From the NCBI GenBank assembly GCA_000708835.1, contig DF237084.1, forward strand, positions 62,001 through 126,000: DNA of 64,000 nt. The letters run 5' to 3'. Both the position numbers and the translations under genes were made by a program. Under the pieces are notes generated by a model. The model was not told the origin of the DNA. It searched no databases and was given only the letters and a program-made list of their open reading frames with translations. Source of the stretch: Klebsormidium nitens. Lineage: Eukaryota; Plantae; Klebsormidiophyceae. Positions 1 to 12,500 of this stretch are shown one piece after another (the first letter of the stretch is position 1; every line of letters starts with the position of its first letter).

Positions 1-196
1 AGACCAGCCTGCCCGTCATTCAAAAACAATCAATCTTCGAAGTCGCATGTGTTTAAGATAATTTCATCCAGGTTATCGTATTGAACTGAGGTCGGGCCCT
101 TGCACGTCTAAGACCAGCCAGCCATCCGCAAACGACCAACCCTGTTTACAGTATGTCAACCCTCCAACCAATCTTGTTCACACTGACAATATGCAG

Positions 197-2420
197 TGAG
201 CACCTGAGGGAGGGGGTCGCGTATCCCTTGGAGCAGCACTTCGTGCACAACGACGCCGCTACTGGTCGGTTCGCTGTGCTGGCAGTCTTCTACAAGATTG
301 ATGACGAAGAAGTCCCCAACCCGTTCCTGAGCCAGATCCTCAACTACGCCCCTGGCGGCTACAACAACAAGACTGTGGTGTGTTTTCGTTAGAAGCTCCC
401 TTCTCAGTACTTGCAACATTGATCACTGTCTCAGCCTGTTGTACTCTCAGGCAAGAACGCTCTGCTACCGCGCATGGCCAAGATCTAGGACTCTGAAGGA
501 GACGTCTGTTGAAGCAGTGACTAAATCCTAAGAAACGATCTGTAAGCTTGGCAGGTCTAGCATCTGCTTTCGGCTTAAATCCTTGAGAACCTGGATGCCT
601 CATCAGTCCATCTGATAATCTTGAAAGCAGGCGTGCAATTCACGACTCATAACTCGTAGCACAATGAGCTGGGACTGGGCCCTATATTTGCGAGTCATAT
701 TATACGCGCTTTTAAAGCCATATCCCGTCTCTCTTAGATCAGCTTCCTTATCATCGCTGCCGCTTCAAGCTAAGCCTTCCTCGAGTTCAACTGGGGTAAG
801 CGCAGAATCATCCAAGTGCTCTCGAGTAAGTCTTACAATAGGAACAACTAACCACGCTCTTAATGCGCTTGTGCTCAGGTGACTAACCAGACGATCGACC
901 TGCCTGCCTGGATTCCCATCAACAGCAACTACTTCCACTACAACGGTAGCCTTACCACCCCTCCCTGCACGGAGGGTATCATGTGGTTCGTCCTGGACAC
1001 ACCTCTGACCATGTCATCTGCTCAGCTTACACAAGTGAGTCGCTGCAACCTGTGGAGTTTCTTGTCTTTTATTACGATTGTCTGGCCACAAGAAGGCTCG
1101 TCAAGAGGGAGGCCGGTTGTGTGGCATGCCAGCTGGTTACACGATTCGGAGATTGCGTAATGATTGGACTGTTTCCGGAGTGACCCTTGGGTGCCAAGTG
1201 AGCGCCAAGCAAGCGGTGAAAGGGCGAGTAAGCTCCAGATAAGCCACGGCAATGTCATGCGATAAAAAGGACGCAGTTACAGCAGCACTTAGTCCGACAG
1301 GCGCTCCGGCTTACTGCCCGTTCGTCGCTCGAAGTCGACTGGTCACCGACTCGTACCAGTATTAAGCATATGGCATCACCCTAACGCGGAAGGTGACTGA
1401 TCAGGTGGAAGGCAACCTGATTGCCTGCAATTCGGATCGAGCCTGCTAGCGTCCCTCATTCATAACGAGTGCAGCTCGACTCCCAAGACCACGCAATACT
1501 TCCGCTTCGCTTTCCTTCCTCAGCTTGATCGGCGTTTCGCGAAACAAGAGGATCGGGAAGGATTCGAGCGAGAAGAAACGCCTAAAACGCAGAGTCACTG
1601 GAGACTTCGGCTGTTCAATTGCTTGCACGAAAGTTTCAGACAGCAATGAATGGACAGAAGGAGACTGCAAAGTGCTCTGTCACAAGGTTCTTCACGACAA
1701 GGACAGGGCAAAAAGCATTCGTTGCTATATTCTGGTGCTTTTGCCCGCGTCCGTATGCAGTGAAGAAAGCACGGCAGCGACGACGCAGAGTACTTCGGTT
1801 GTCTTTTTACCAACACCAGAAAATACCAGTCTTTTCATCCTTGGCCGTCGCAGTGCATCCGTTTGCAGCCACGTGTCAGGCGGGTCAATCTTGCGGGGCA
1901 TTCACATGTGCATCCTTCTCTCGTGCAGTATCAGAGGCTGACGTTCTTGGGCGGAGGCGATCGCGGGGACAACCGCCCCCTTCAGAGGGTGGGAACGCGC
2001 GAGCTGCAGCACTGGATCAAGGTGAGCCCGGCTCCCTTTAATGCGTCCGAAGCCACGATAACTCCAGGTTTCGCTTCAAGATACACGCGTCTTCACAATT
2101 TGTGAGGCTTGCATGACAATGTTCAAAGCTGATTCAGACTGAACGGCGTTCTTGCGTTCATGTCAACCGACGTAACACGGCTAGCAATCAAGACGGCATC
2201 AACAAAAAGTGGGAGTACGATAGCCATTGAACCCTGCTTGTTCGAGCGCACAAGGTCAGAATTGATCGGAACCATCACAAAATGTCTCCGAAGCATTCTG
2301 CTAAAGTATGCGAGGCCTTTGCCCGTCTCGGTTGCGCCCCTCTGAGCAAGTCGATGTCAGGTTTTACATAAAGATTTCATGCTGACGTGGAGCACCCCTG
2401 ACTCTTTGTCACTGCAGTGA
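197..2420 (+). CDS. alpha-carbonic anhydrase, 3' part (5' exons outside the window)
   Basis: Exons 197-377 (SEHLREGVAYPLEQHFVH, the SEH..ExHxVH motif), 879-1034 (YFHYNGSLTTPPCTEGIMW), 1929-2021 (DNRPLQRVGTR, matching the NxRPxQ C-terminal motif). The last intron, 2022-2417, is followed directly by TGA at 2418-2420. All boundaries are GT-AG and phases are consistent. Confidence 0.9.
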
Positions 2421-3686
2421 GCAAGCCCGACTGGAGAGAGAGGGGCAACTTCGCTGGGACCTTCTTTAGCTGGTTTGCCCGACCGGAATGGTCGACGAAG
2501 GTAGCACCCAAAGCGCCTGCACAACCATGGCCGCTGTTCTGCATCGAGTCCCTCGCGTTAGTAACGCGTCAGTCACATTGGCCGACGTTCTGATAGCACA
2601 AAATTAGAGCCTCTTCTGTGGTATCCACCTCAGCTGCTTTTGGTTTTGGCTTTGAGAGTTTTGAGTTTGTAAGAATCCCAAGAATAACGAGTTGAGCCTC
2701 GGCTGGAAGGCGGCCCTAGTAGTCTAGTAGGTTTGGCATTCCTAGAGACCAATGGGTTGCGAACTACTAGGATCACCGGCCGCAAAGTTAGTCTCCCTCC
2801 AGGGTACGCGGAAAGCTGCCTGGTCGTATTATGTCGCATCGCAAACATCTACGTACGAAAGCGTACACATGAGCTTGCAGGCTCAAACCGCGTCGCTAGT
2901 AGGTTTGGGCAGTTCTTGCATACTTTCGCGATCAAGAGGATGGATGATTTGTTGTTGCATTTGCTTCTTCACCGGTGTGTCAAGTAGGCCACTGAGTCTG
3001 CGCAATTGACAAGCGGCCGTAGCTCGCAACATTGCTGCCGACCTGAGGATGCATGACGTTGCCCAAGAACCATAAAGATCTGCCGAATATGGATGCGCGG
3101 GCCTGATCCTACACACGTACGTGCCCATGGGCAACGATCGACGTGTGCATGTAGTTATCTTTCGACAATCTTGAGGGCAGATTATGGACTGGACGGAATC
3201 TGTTGATGAACTACGTACGAAGTGTCGGACATTGAATGCATGGATTTTTCTGACGTATATGCAAGTTGATTGAAGCTCAGTCAGCTGCAATGTAACTAAT
3301 CGCCGCTGTTGTATATGTGATCATGGTGCTCAGCTAGTCGGATGTCAGCTAGTAGGATGTCATCTGCCATCAGCTTGCATTCGTCATGACAAGTGCGCGC
3401 GCCCATGGAGATATGCCGGCATATGGAGGACGTACAGCCAACCTGTCCATGGAATATGCCGAAACGACAATTAGTTGCTGCACGCAATGCGAAGTAAGCA
3501 AGCACAACAGTTGCTCGTCAAACACTTCTTTCACCACTCGCAGCTCGTCGCTCACGCTTCTGCCAGCATCCTATGCATGGCACTGGACGAAGTTTGTTGG
3601 CTGACTTGCAACCAGTATGCTCCATGCAAGCAATACATCTGCTGGAATGACGAAATACGCAACATAGTGAACCGGCGTTGAATACT

Positions 3687-6600
3687 TCACCTTACAAAAC
3701 GTTTCTTTGTCGTCTTGCTCGTTTTGCTACGGGTTGGTGAATCAACGTTTACGCTCTCTACCTCCCCCTTCGCTGCTGGGGGCTCGGTATTTAACACGAA
3801 CTTCACGTTCGACACTTTCGCGGCCTTCTTTGCTTTCTTCGGTGTTTCTGGAGGATGCAAGTGCAAAGGAAGGCGCGCCCTGCAAGAGGAAACGACTTCG
3901 AATCATTTGGAACCGGTGTAAAACGATTCGGCAAACTTTTCTGGCGGTGGGCCACGCACGACGCCGATTGCCACGCCTTTCCAGACAAGGTTCCTGCAGA
4001 ACCGGCCAGCCGGATACAAGCCTAAAGGTCCGACGAATCTCAAAAAAATTTGCCCAGACTGTGGCGAGCGTCGAGGTCAGCCATGCGTCAGCCATGAGAC
4101 AGGCGCAGCAGAGCGGCGAGAGGCAGGCTGGCTGGGCGTTCAAAGTGAAAACATGTCTTTCACTTTGAACTTTGAATGTTTTCACTTTGAACGAAAATGT
4201 TCTCCGATTGAACTCTGACAAGTTTCCACTGATTCACTTGAATGTTTTCACTTTGAACTTTCCATGTTTTCGCCTTGAATGCCTAGTGTGCAGCGAGTCG
4301 ACCACCAGTTTTGCTTGATTGTCCCGGCCCCGCTTCCGAATCTTCTTCCAAGAGAGTGAAGAGCTCGCATTCGATAGCAGCTTTCCTGCAGCCCTTTTCA
4401 AAGCTCTCCAGGAATTTCGACAAGGTGCCCCCCCATCTGTTTTCTTCGTTCCCTCACTTGAAACGAGATTGAATTCAGGAAGGAAAAAAGTCAAGCCAGA
4501 CGAGCGGATGCTCACCGCATGGATGCCAACTCAGCAATGAACAGGACGTTATGGGCCCAGCCAGCATACGGTCCGAACACCTGCAGCGTAGAACATACGC
4601 TATAGGTCAGAAAGCTATCCTGAATTGGACGACGTGTCACCAAACGGAAGCCACGTGCATTCGAGAAGCTGTCTTTTGAATGCCACCAGCGGTGATTACA
4701 AATTCTGAACGCTCAAACAGGAAAGTGAGGCGCCAGAAGCTTCACTCTTTGAGAAAGATGAGCCGACTCGCAACAGGGTTGCAAACAAGTGATTCGTATG
4801 ATCCACGTGGCAGGCCTGCGGACGCCTGAGAGTGAGACCCACCTTGACAAAGGCGTCCGCAACGGCCTGATGCACCCGGGGCGTCAGCGACTTTCCCTCC
4901 AGCTCCGGGGTGTAGTACCGTATGGCGAGCTGCGGGAAAGGACGGAAAGGGGGATGCCGTCAGCAGATGACGTCAGCAGAAGGAAGGGGAAGGTGAGCTG
5001 TCAAACATTTGGACGCGGTCTGGTTTGGCCGGATCGCGTATGCGAAGGTATTCGACTGCAACGGCTCTTTTGTCACCCAACACCTTACGGCACCGGCATC
5101 GAGAATTTACAGAGCGGCTTGCGAACAAAGACCTCACTGCCCTTGTCAATGTCCCAACTTCAGCTTCTAAGATGCTTTCCAGCCTCGCACAAGAAACACG
5201 AGGGCACGAAAAGGCTTATGAAAACGCAGAGCAAAATAGCCAGCTGTCGCTGTCAAAGAACGCCTCTCGTAAAGACACGACGAAATCTGCTAAGAAAGTA
5301 CTCTGTTAGAGCAACTCCGGTGCCGATCCCTATCCCGCCAAACGGGTGCTTGTCAGCGGGGACGCCTTTGTTTGAAAATAAAAGATGCAGCAGGCAGCCG
5401 CAAGCCGATTGAAGCAGGCCAACCCCCAGGGAACTACACAGAAAAGCCCAAAGACTCGAGAAGTCCTGATCTCTCTTGAGGTCGTCTTACCTGCCACATA
5501 TGCATGCCAACCGGTATGCACTGGTGATGACATGGCGACAAGAGCGCTATGTCACGAGCGATCTTAGACGGACTCAACTGATCAGAGCCCAAACACAGAA
5601 AGTTTTCCCAAACCCCAGATTGTCACCAAGCGATGCCTCTTCTCAGAGTAATCTTCTCACCTGCCACACGTGCGTATCCACCGGAATGCACTCGTGCTTG
5701 TCCAGCGAGAACAGTTTCAATGCAGCGCGCGACCTTAAACCGACCTACTCTGAAGTAGTGCCCAAACTTATCAAAACCCCAAACGTTCACCAAACCAATG
5801 CGTCTTCTTAGGCCTCTTCTTCGCACCTGCCACACGTGCGTGTCTACTGGTATGCACTCGTGCTTGTCCAGCGAGAACAGCGCGATGCAGCGCGCAACTT
5901 TCGGCCCGATCCCTGGGAGCGTGACCAGCTCCGCAACGGCCTCGTCAAGAGAGACGTTCCGCAGGTTCAGCAGCCACTGCCGGCCGCCTTCTGGCTTCGC
6001 CAACAAGTCCTGGAAATGACAAACCAAAGGAGGCATGAATGTGAGAGTATACTTGAGGTGTGTCTCGCCTTCCAATAAACTCGGAGAGGTAGCGATAAGA
6101 CGATGAGGTTGTGGCTTCCAGGAATACACCGAGAACGAAGTGAATGGGTGAAAAACGGAAAAAACGGTAGAAGCTCGTGGCTGTCAGCGACCCCTCACGA
6201 ACTTGGCCTACAATCGAATCGTGTCTCTCCAACGCAGAGGCAAAAACGTACGTTTTCCGGGTGGCTCCAAAACGTTTTCTAATCCGCTCCACTCCAATCT
6301 GGACTCTGGTCAGCAGTTGCGGCTAAGACCTTTACCTGATACTGCAAGGCCGTTGGATTCTCATGCACTTCAAAGACGCCTCATCTTGAAGTCAAGGGCA
6401 AGGCACACAGCTCGTTCCCTTACATGAACATGCAAAAGCGGTATGCGGTTTTTCGCCGGTCCGTTCCTCAGCACAGGATCAGTCCGCGTTCGAGAGCTCC
6501 CTTGAAAAGGTTCCGACGCCCCATCTCTTGATCTAAATGACACTTACATAGAGAGATCAGCAGACCAAATGAATTCTACGGCAGCACAAGCGCAACCACA

Positions 6601-8890
6601 AAGCCAGGGCAGAATCCCTTCCGGCCCCTACCTTGACAGTGCCTTCGATGAACTTGGCACGGTATCCAAAACCCGCCGCTCGAAGCGTGTCCTCGTCCGC
6701 TGCTCTCAGCTGCTCGACAGTTGGGAACTTGTGGAACGTGTGCCCATTCACACTGCCCAGGCAGTCGCCATACCGGGACAGGTGGTCTACCATACCTGGA
6801 AAAGATGGAAGAGGGGAGTGGTGAATTGCACGTCTGGAGGAGGTTCCAGATCCTCTTACAACTCTCTCTAATGGCGGCGCTCGGGGTTTGCTTCGAAGGA
6901 CATGACGACTTGCTGGCGGGGACACCCTCCTTAGCAGACACACACTATGCGGCTGAAATAATCCACAATGAAGACGGACAGGGCCTCGGTTGTTTGCTCG
7001 AGGCATGAGGATTTTGCACCAGACTTCGCAGAACGGTAATATCTTGCGAGTTGAACGGAGGGGCTCTGCCTTCATTCAATACTGAGAAAAAGGTTGGACT
7101 CAATCGATCCAGGCTCGAGTCTCTGATAAGTGAGATATTCTTCCCACTTCAGCATAAGTCGATGCCAAAGACAAGTCACACTCGCACCGAAACAAAGCCG
7201 GAGCCACTCAAAGACTGGCGAATTTACAGGGTGCAAGGCTTCTTCATGAAAGGCTTTGCTCTTGGAGATTTTCGGGAACTAAACCCGGAAGTGCAGAAGG
7301 TTTTCGAAGTGCAGATGGAGAGGTCTCTCACCTGTGATCCTACTGATGTGGTTGTTTGACGAGCAGATGAACGAAAACAGACATTCCAGGGGGTCCTGCC
7401 GCAGCATGCGCGCCCCCCCTAGGTGCGCGGCGAGTGACGCAAACCTGGAGTCTGCCGCCGAGAAGCCCTTATACAGGTCTGACAGTCTGGCGGCATCCAG
7501 ATTCAGAAAAGCTCTCAACTCCTTAGCAACCTGTGCTCGATCGTTTTCTGTTAGGGGCGTAATATGGCTGACATTGGCGACGCCGGCTGAGAGGGATCCC
7601 TTCGATCGCCCCGGTTTTCGTTTCTTCAAGGGGGGTGGGGTTTGAGGGGGTAGCGTGGGGGGGTGTATATGGAAGAGCACGTCACTTTGTGTTTGGAGGA
7701 GAGAGACAATGTGATTGCCAACAACGCCAGTCCAAGATCCATCCTCGGTGTGGCGCCACCTGCAACATACAAACTGGGGGCTTATGTAATGAAGCATCTT
7801 CACAACCAAACTGCTATTATGAACAGGGGCTTACGATGGTTCAACCATCTTTACAACTGGAGAGCTGTGAGCTGAAGACGCTCGTTTTTAAGATAGCTCG
7901 TCTGAAGAAAAGCTTTTTATAAGAAGGTCAGAGTCTGGGTTTCAACTGCAAGAAAAAAGCCTTCGAGGATTTGTATCAGCAACTGCATCTGAGGCTCAGA
8001 ACAGAGTGCCCAAGAACCAGCCAGAAGGGGGGTGAAACCGCAGATTCCAGGAGCCATAGGCGTTTGCGGAAGCACGAAACCAAGACCATCATCTGAAAAG
8101 TCTGACAAGACATGGAGGCCAACTTCAAAGAGCACGTTAATATCCATGAGTTGGTGGAAGTGTACATTACAACAGTGCTTGAGTGGGTCATGCCATACCT
8201 CTGATGATCAGCAAAGAAGAAGAGGGCGATGAACTTGTGGTGCGCCCACTTGCAACTTAAAAAGATTAATCTTCGGAGATCCACAAGCTATTGCACCAAC
8301 ACCTAACGATTGGCCAAGCAATGCTGGTGGTCACCAGATTCAAGCACAATCAAGGAGCACTCTATCATCTCTCAAATACGCCAGAGACTCTGACCCAGCC
8401 CCCACGGTAGTCAGAAGCAGAGTCAGCCGTAGTGTCTCAAAGCTTACCTGAAAGTTTGACCAGTGGGCAATGTAAGTGACAAATCTAATTCATCTCTCCC
8501 CACCCCCAGGCTTGACCACTCTCCTTCTTCCGCACCTGCTAACAGCGGCTCTCCCGCTTCATCATCGACACGCAATTCCAGTGCCGCCACACCTTCAGAG
8601 TTCGCTTTCACCGTCCACTCGCTTTGGAAGAGCCGCTTGCTGACACTATCAAGAATGACCGCTTCAGCAACAATATGCCGCTCCCTTTTTACTGTGGGAT
8701 TCACCTCGGCAGGAACTGCCTGAAGAGGGAGCCCCACTCGATCAAGACTTGAGCTGCTGATTGACTGCCGTACCCGTGTAGCTCTGACCTTCTTTCCCCT
8801 GGGCAAGACAGTATCAGCATCAACGCTTGATAATAAGCAAGCGGGCGGGGAAGGAGTCTCGGCAGCCATCGCAAGCTTACGTTTACCCAT
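3687..8890 (-). CDS. OGG1: 8-oxoguanine DNA glycosylase/AP lyase
   Basis: Exons 8890-8448 (..LDLSLTLPTGQTFR), 7759-7332 (W..TGVVG..RMLRQDPLECLFSFICSSNNHISRIT), 6795-6632 (FPTVEQL..LRAAGFGYRAKFI), 6009-5827 (HhH-GPD: LVTLPGIGPKVARCIALFSLDKHECIPVDTHVWQ), 4929-4843 (LAIRYYTP), 4580-4516 (FGPYAGWAHNVLF), 3879-3687. The last exon choice is the least certain. Confidence 0.95.
4138..4278. repeat. cluster of ATGTTTTCACTTTGAAC motifs including a 33-bp hairpin, in the last OGG1 intron
   Basis: GTTCAAAGTGAAA-ACATGTC-TTTCACTTTGAAC at 4138-4170 has 13-bp perfect arms. Direct copies follow at about 4176-4192 and 4242-4258, with a degenerate copy at about 4264-4278. Confidence 0.8.
5491..5900 (-). repeat. 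tandem triplication (166-170 bp unit) of the OGG1 exon 3' end plus donor and intron start
   Basis: CIPVDTHVWQ|gtgcga (true donor 5826), CIPVDTHVWQ|gtgaga (5660) and CIPVGMHMWQ|gtaaga (5490). The intron sequence after each donor is also similar. Confidence 0.9.
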
Positions 8891-9286
8891 TGGCGCAGTG
8901 CCAATTTGGTGCAGAATTGTGGCAAGAAACTGCGCGCTTTGGACTCTGCGACACACGCTTCTCAGCATCGCCAACGACGCATCAGAGTCTTCAGAGCTCA
9001 AAGAACGGGAGTCCCACCAATTTCCTTGAAGTTGAAGCAAAAGGATGGTCCAGAGGACCAGATCCTCATTCTACAGTCTACAGACGCCTTTCCAAACTTT
9101 TGAGCAATGGGCAGAAATGCACTTTGCTCGCTGAGAGGGAGCAAAGTGAGACTCAGAGGGAGAGGGAGGGCATGGCCCATTTGGCATCGGATCTAGGTTG
9201 GACCACAAAATGCTGACGTGACTTTGATCGGATGCCTCCGGTAAAGGTGCACGTTGGAGTCGTTAACGGTTTTCAAGCAGATTCTG

Positions 9287-9329
9287 ATTGGTTGAATCTG
9301 GCGGGAAAACCCGACCATACTCCGCGAAA
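9287..9329. promoter_or_regulatory. two E2F-consensus sites and a CCAAT box in the OGG1/primase divergent promoter
   Basis: ATTGG at 9287-9291. GCGGGAAA at 9301-9308 (reverse complement TTTCCCGC) and CCGCGAAA at 9322-9329 (TTTCGCGG) both match the plant E2F consensus WTTSSCSS. They lie about 200 bp upstream of the proposed primase ATG. Confidence 0.6.
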
Positions 9330-9520
9330 TTCCAGCATCCGTCCCATGTTGACCAGCGAAGTGGCGCTCTTGGGTCTTCACAGAATCACACTGCACCGTC
9401 GATACGTACAGCTGTTTGCGTCTCGGAGCGTGGTTCCTGATCTTGGGCCGTCCGATGCCTGCCTTGTCGTCGATCGAACGGTCCAAGATCAGGGACCATG
9501 ATCGGAGCATCTGAAACCCG

Positions 9521-12500
9521 ATGGCAGGTTTGACGCAAAGAGCTGTATCCTCTGATTCCTAGTACCTATTCAAAGGCTCTGCGAATTGAATGCAAGTAGG
9601 CATAGTTGTGGGAGCTGTTCATGAAGAGGTAACCACCTGAGCTCCTGTCGTTCGTGATAAGTGTGCCCGCTGTTGAAAGCAAGCTCAAAGTGTTCTGTTC
9701 GTGGACAGTGCACTTATTGATGCTTGACGCGGAAGCAAGGAGGTTCCATACGACTAAGTAGAGAGCTGAGCCAAACCTGAGGCGTCTTCGTTCTTCTACT
9801 TTCTGTGTGATCAGAGTTTTTAGGATATTCATGCTCCAATCTTGAAAGGTTGCCTCATTGATTTTCTGCAACGGTCTTTTACACACGGCGCGTCCACAGA
9901 GCAGGAGGCGCATTTTGATTGCTGGCTTTGCTCCAGTGGCCCTGGGAAGAAGTGCATATCCCCGTTACTGAAAAATGGCTCCAGGAGCGATCGAGCATGG
10001 TGAGATGAGGCTATGTTCAATAAGGCGTCCTTAGCGCCTGGCATGGGCAGACATGGGCAATGCAGTGATTCTTTTACTTCAGCTTCCAGCAACCTGCAGT
10101 GATAGGCGCTGAGCCTCTTCAAATTCTGCTAGAGTGCATAGTAGAGCGCTTGAAAGGCAGCCCAGTATCATTTACGTCTATCCCTCTGAAACCTTTCAGT
10201 GTCGTATTTTTAAAGTGCCCCAGTTTATTGCTTCTTGAGACCACTGGCTTGGAGCAGATACAAGTCACTGTTTGCGAATGACAAGATGTTTTTCAATGGT
10301 CCTCCAGATTGGTGTTGGCAATCTGCCCAAAGGGGAAGACTACTTCTCCATACAAGTGGAAGCATTGAGACGAAGATGTTTTTCCTGTCACTCCTGATAT
10401 TGCCCCACTGTCCAACGAAATGCAGTCATCAGATTGTCAAAGACAAAGCCAGTCGTATCCGTTGCAAAGGAAGACCCCTCAAAAAGCCACATGTTAAGCT
10501 GGATTGTCGCTTTAAAAGGAGGATATCTGGGCCACTAAATGGACATACTGGTGAAACACTCATGCGGGCCCCAACAAAGCTCCCAGGCTGATTGCAGAAG
10601 GATAGTCAGTCAAGATAAGTATTAACTGTGATCAATTTTCTTAGCCACAAATTTTTCCTGTCTCTAGACTGGGCAGCCTCCCCTGCAGGCCCCTCAGCGA
10701 AACGGACTCGTCACGACCCCGACATCGACTCAACCCCTGCCGCTGACATGGAAGTCGATGAGGCCCCCGCAAAGCGAGACGTGGTCTACGAGGATTTCGA
10801 AGGCTACAGCCCGCAGCTCATGCAGCAGTTCTATCGGCGCCTGTTCCCCTTTCCGGAGATGGTCCGGTGGCTGTCTTACGGGCACAAAAAGAATCCGCAC
10901 CCGATGTACGACGAGAACTATCTGCAGCGCCGCGAGATCTCGATGACGCTCGACGGGGACATCTTTGTGCGGTACCAGTCGTTCAAGAATGCGGACGAGA
11001 TGGCCAAGACGATACGGGCGCGCAACCCGCTCAAGATCGACATTGGGGCCGTCTTCAACGTGGATGTGAGAAGTTTTTTCAGTAGCAAAGCTGAAACTTG
11101 TCTGCTCATGGGAATTGACTGCCATGAGAATTCAATGCCTTGATTCACCAAGTTTATGGGTGATTGACTTTGTGCTGATGGTGACGGTGAAGGCTGGCTT
11201 CTTTCAAAGTGAGGATTATCTTTTGATCGTGCAAAGTCCCCTTGGAAGGTCTTCATGGCTTGATCCTTTCGTCATGACGGAGACAAAGTTCAGTCATTTT
11301 ACCCGTCCCCCTCAAAGACATCGCCCCTTTCTGTGCAGCCGGCCAAAAGGAACGCATACTCGAGCTTTGGGGCCGTAGAAAGGGAGCTGGTTTTTGACGT
11401 GGTAAGAAAGTCTCTCGTGCCCTGATTTCTCCAACCAAAAAATGTACCGAGTTCTTCTACGTTGGACAGGGGGGCCATTCTGGTTGGTATCCCCGTTCGA
11501 TGCTACCCAGTCTTCTTTGGAAGGCTGCTTAGCGTCGCTTTACAGGAACACGCCCCTCGAGCAACCCGCTACCCTAACCACAGCGGTGAAGCACCTTGAC
11601 CGAAGTTTTCGCTGCATTTCCTGAACGCAGTTCCCTGGCAACTCCTGTAAATGACATAGAAAACATGCTTATGCTCTGCCGCTGACGACCTAATGCTTTG
11701 AAAGCCAGAGGTTGATGGTGGAGGGTGCATATGCAGGACATGACGGACTATGACGACGTGCGCACGTGTTGCACGGGGGCAGACATCTGCAAGGACTGCT
11801 GGCCGCTTATGACCATTGCAATCAAGGTCGTCGATCACATCCTCAGAGGTGGGGAGAGGCGCTTTTGAGAGTTGGGGTTACAGGCTTTCCTCGGATTTCC
11901 AGGTCTGAAAATCTTGTTGGATAGCAGTTGCTTGAATGTTGCTGGCTGCTTTTGACATCGCCAGTATGGGTTTGATTGACACCCTCAGAGGTGGGCTTAG
12001 CACATTGTGGGTCCCCAGGTCGCATGCTCGTTTTCAGAGGTATCAAAACGGAATCTATACGGACAACATGTCCAGGTGGCGACCATAAGGGCTGCCAGCC
12101 GCTTGCAGCTGCCGCCATCAAGCTCGTGAACCATTAAGACCGCAGTGCTTTTAGGCGTTCGTCATGCTTCTCGTTTATCGTACTTTAGAAGGATCTGGAG
12201 CTGAGGTTAAACGGGCACACAGCGAGGGCCACGCCATTTTGTACAGCTGTCCTCACAAAAGTCTCAAACAAGCTTCTGAAGGGACGACCTCTTTTGTACG
12301 TGCAGAGGACCTAGGTTATCAGCACATCCTTTGGGTGTACAGTGGGCGTCGAGGGGTGCATTGCTGGGTGTGCGACGAGAAGGCCAGAAAGTAAGCCCCC
12401 CGCCTGCCTCACACTTGAGGTCCTGACCCATCTGCCTTTCTTGCCATTCTCACGTCAGGCTTGTCGTCTCGTCCTATTTTTTTGCGTCATCATTCAAAGG

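Noticed and set aside
1525-2041. ORFs 1525-1941 and 1619-2041 as separate genes
   Set aside because: They lie in a carbonic anhydrase intron or overlap its exon 1929-2021 in other frames, and show no motifs.
7630-7663. Four-G-tract quadruplex motif on the template strand of OGG1 exon 2 (autoregulation idea)
   Set aside because: Explained by Pro codons (PPTLPPQTPPP). Similar G-tracts occur in WAPL and R3H exons, so there is no specific support.
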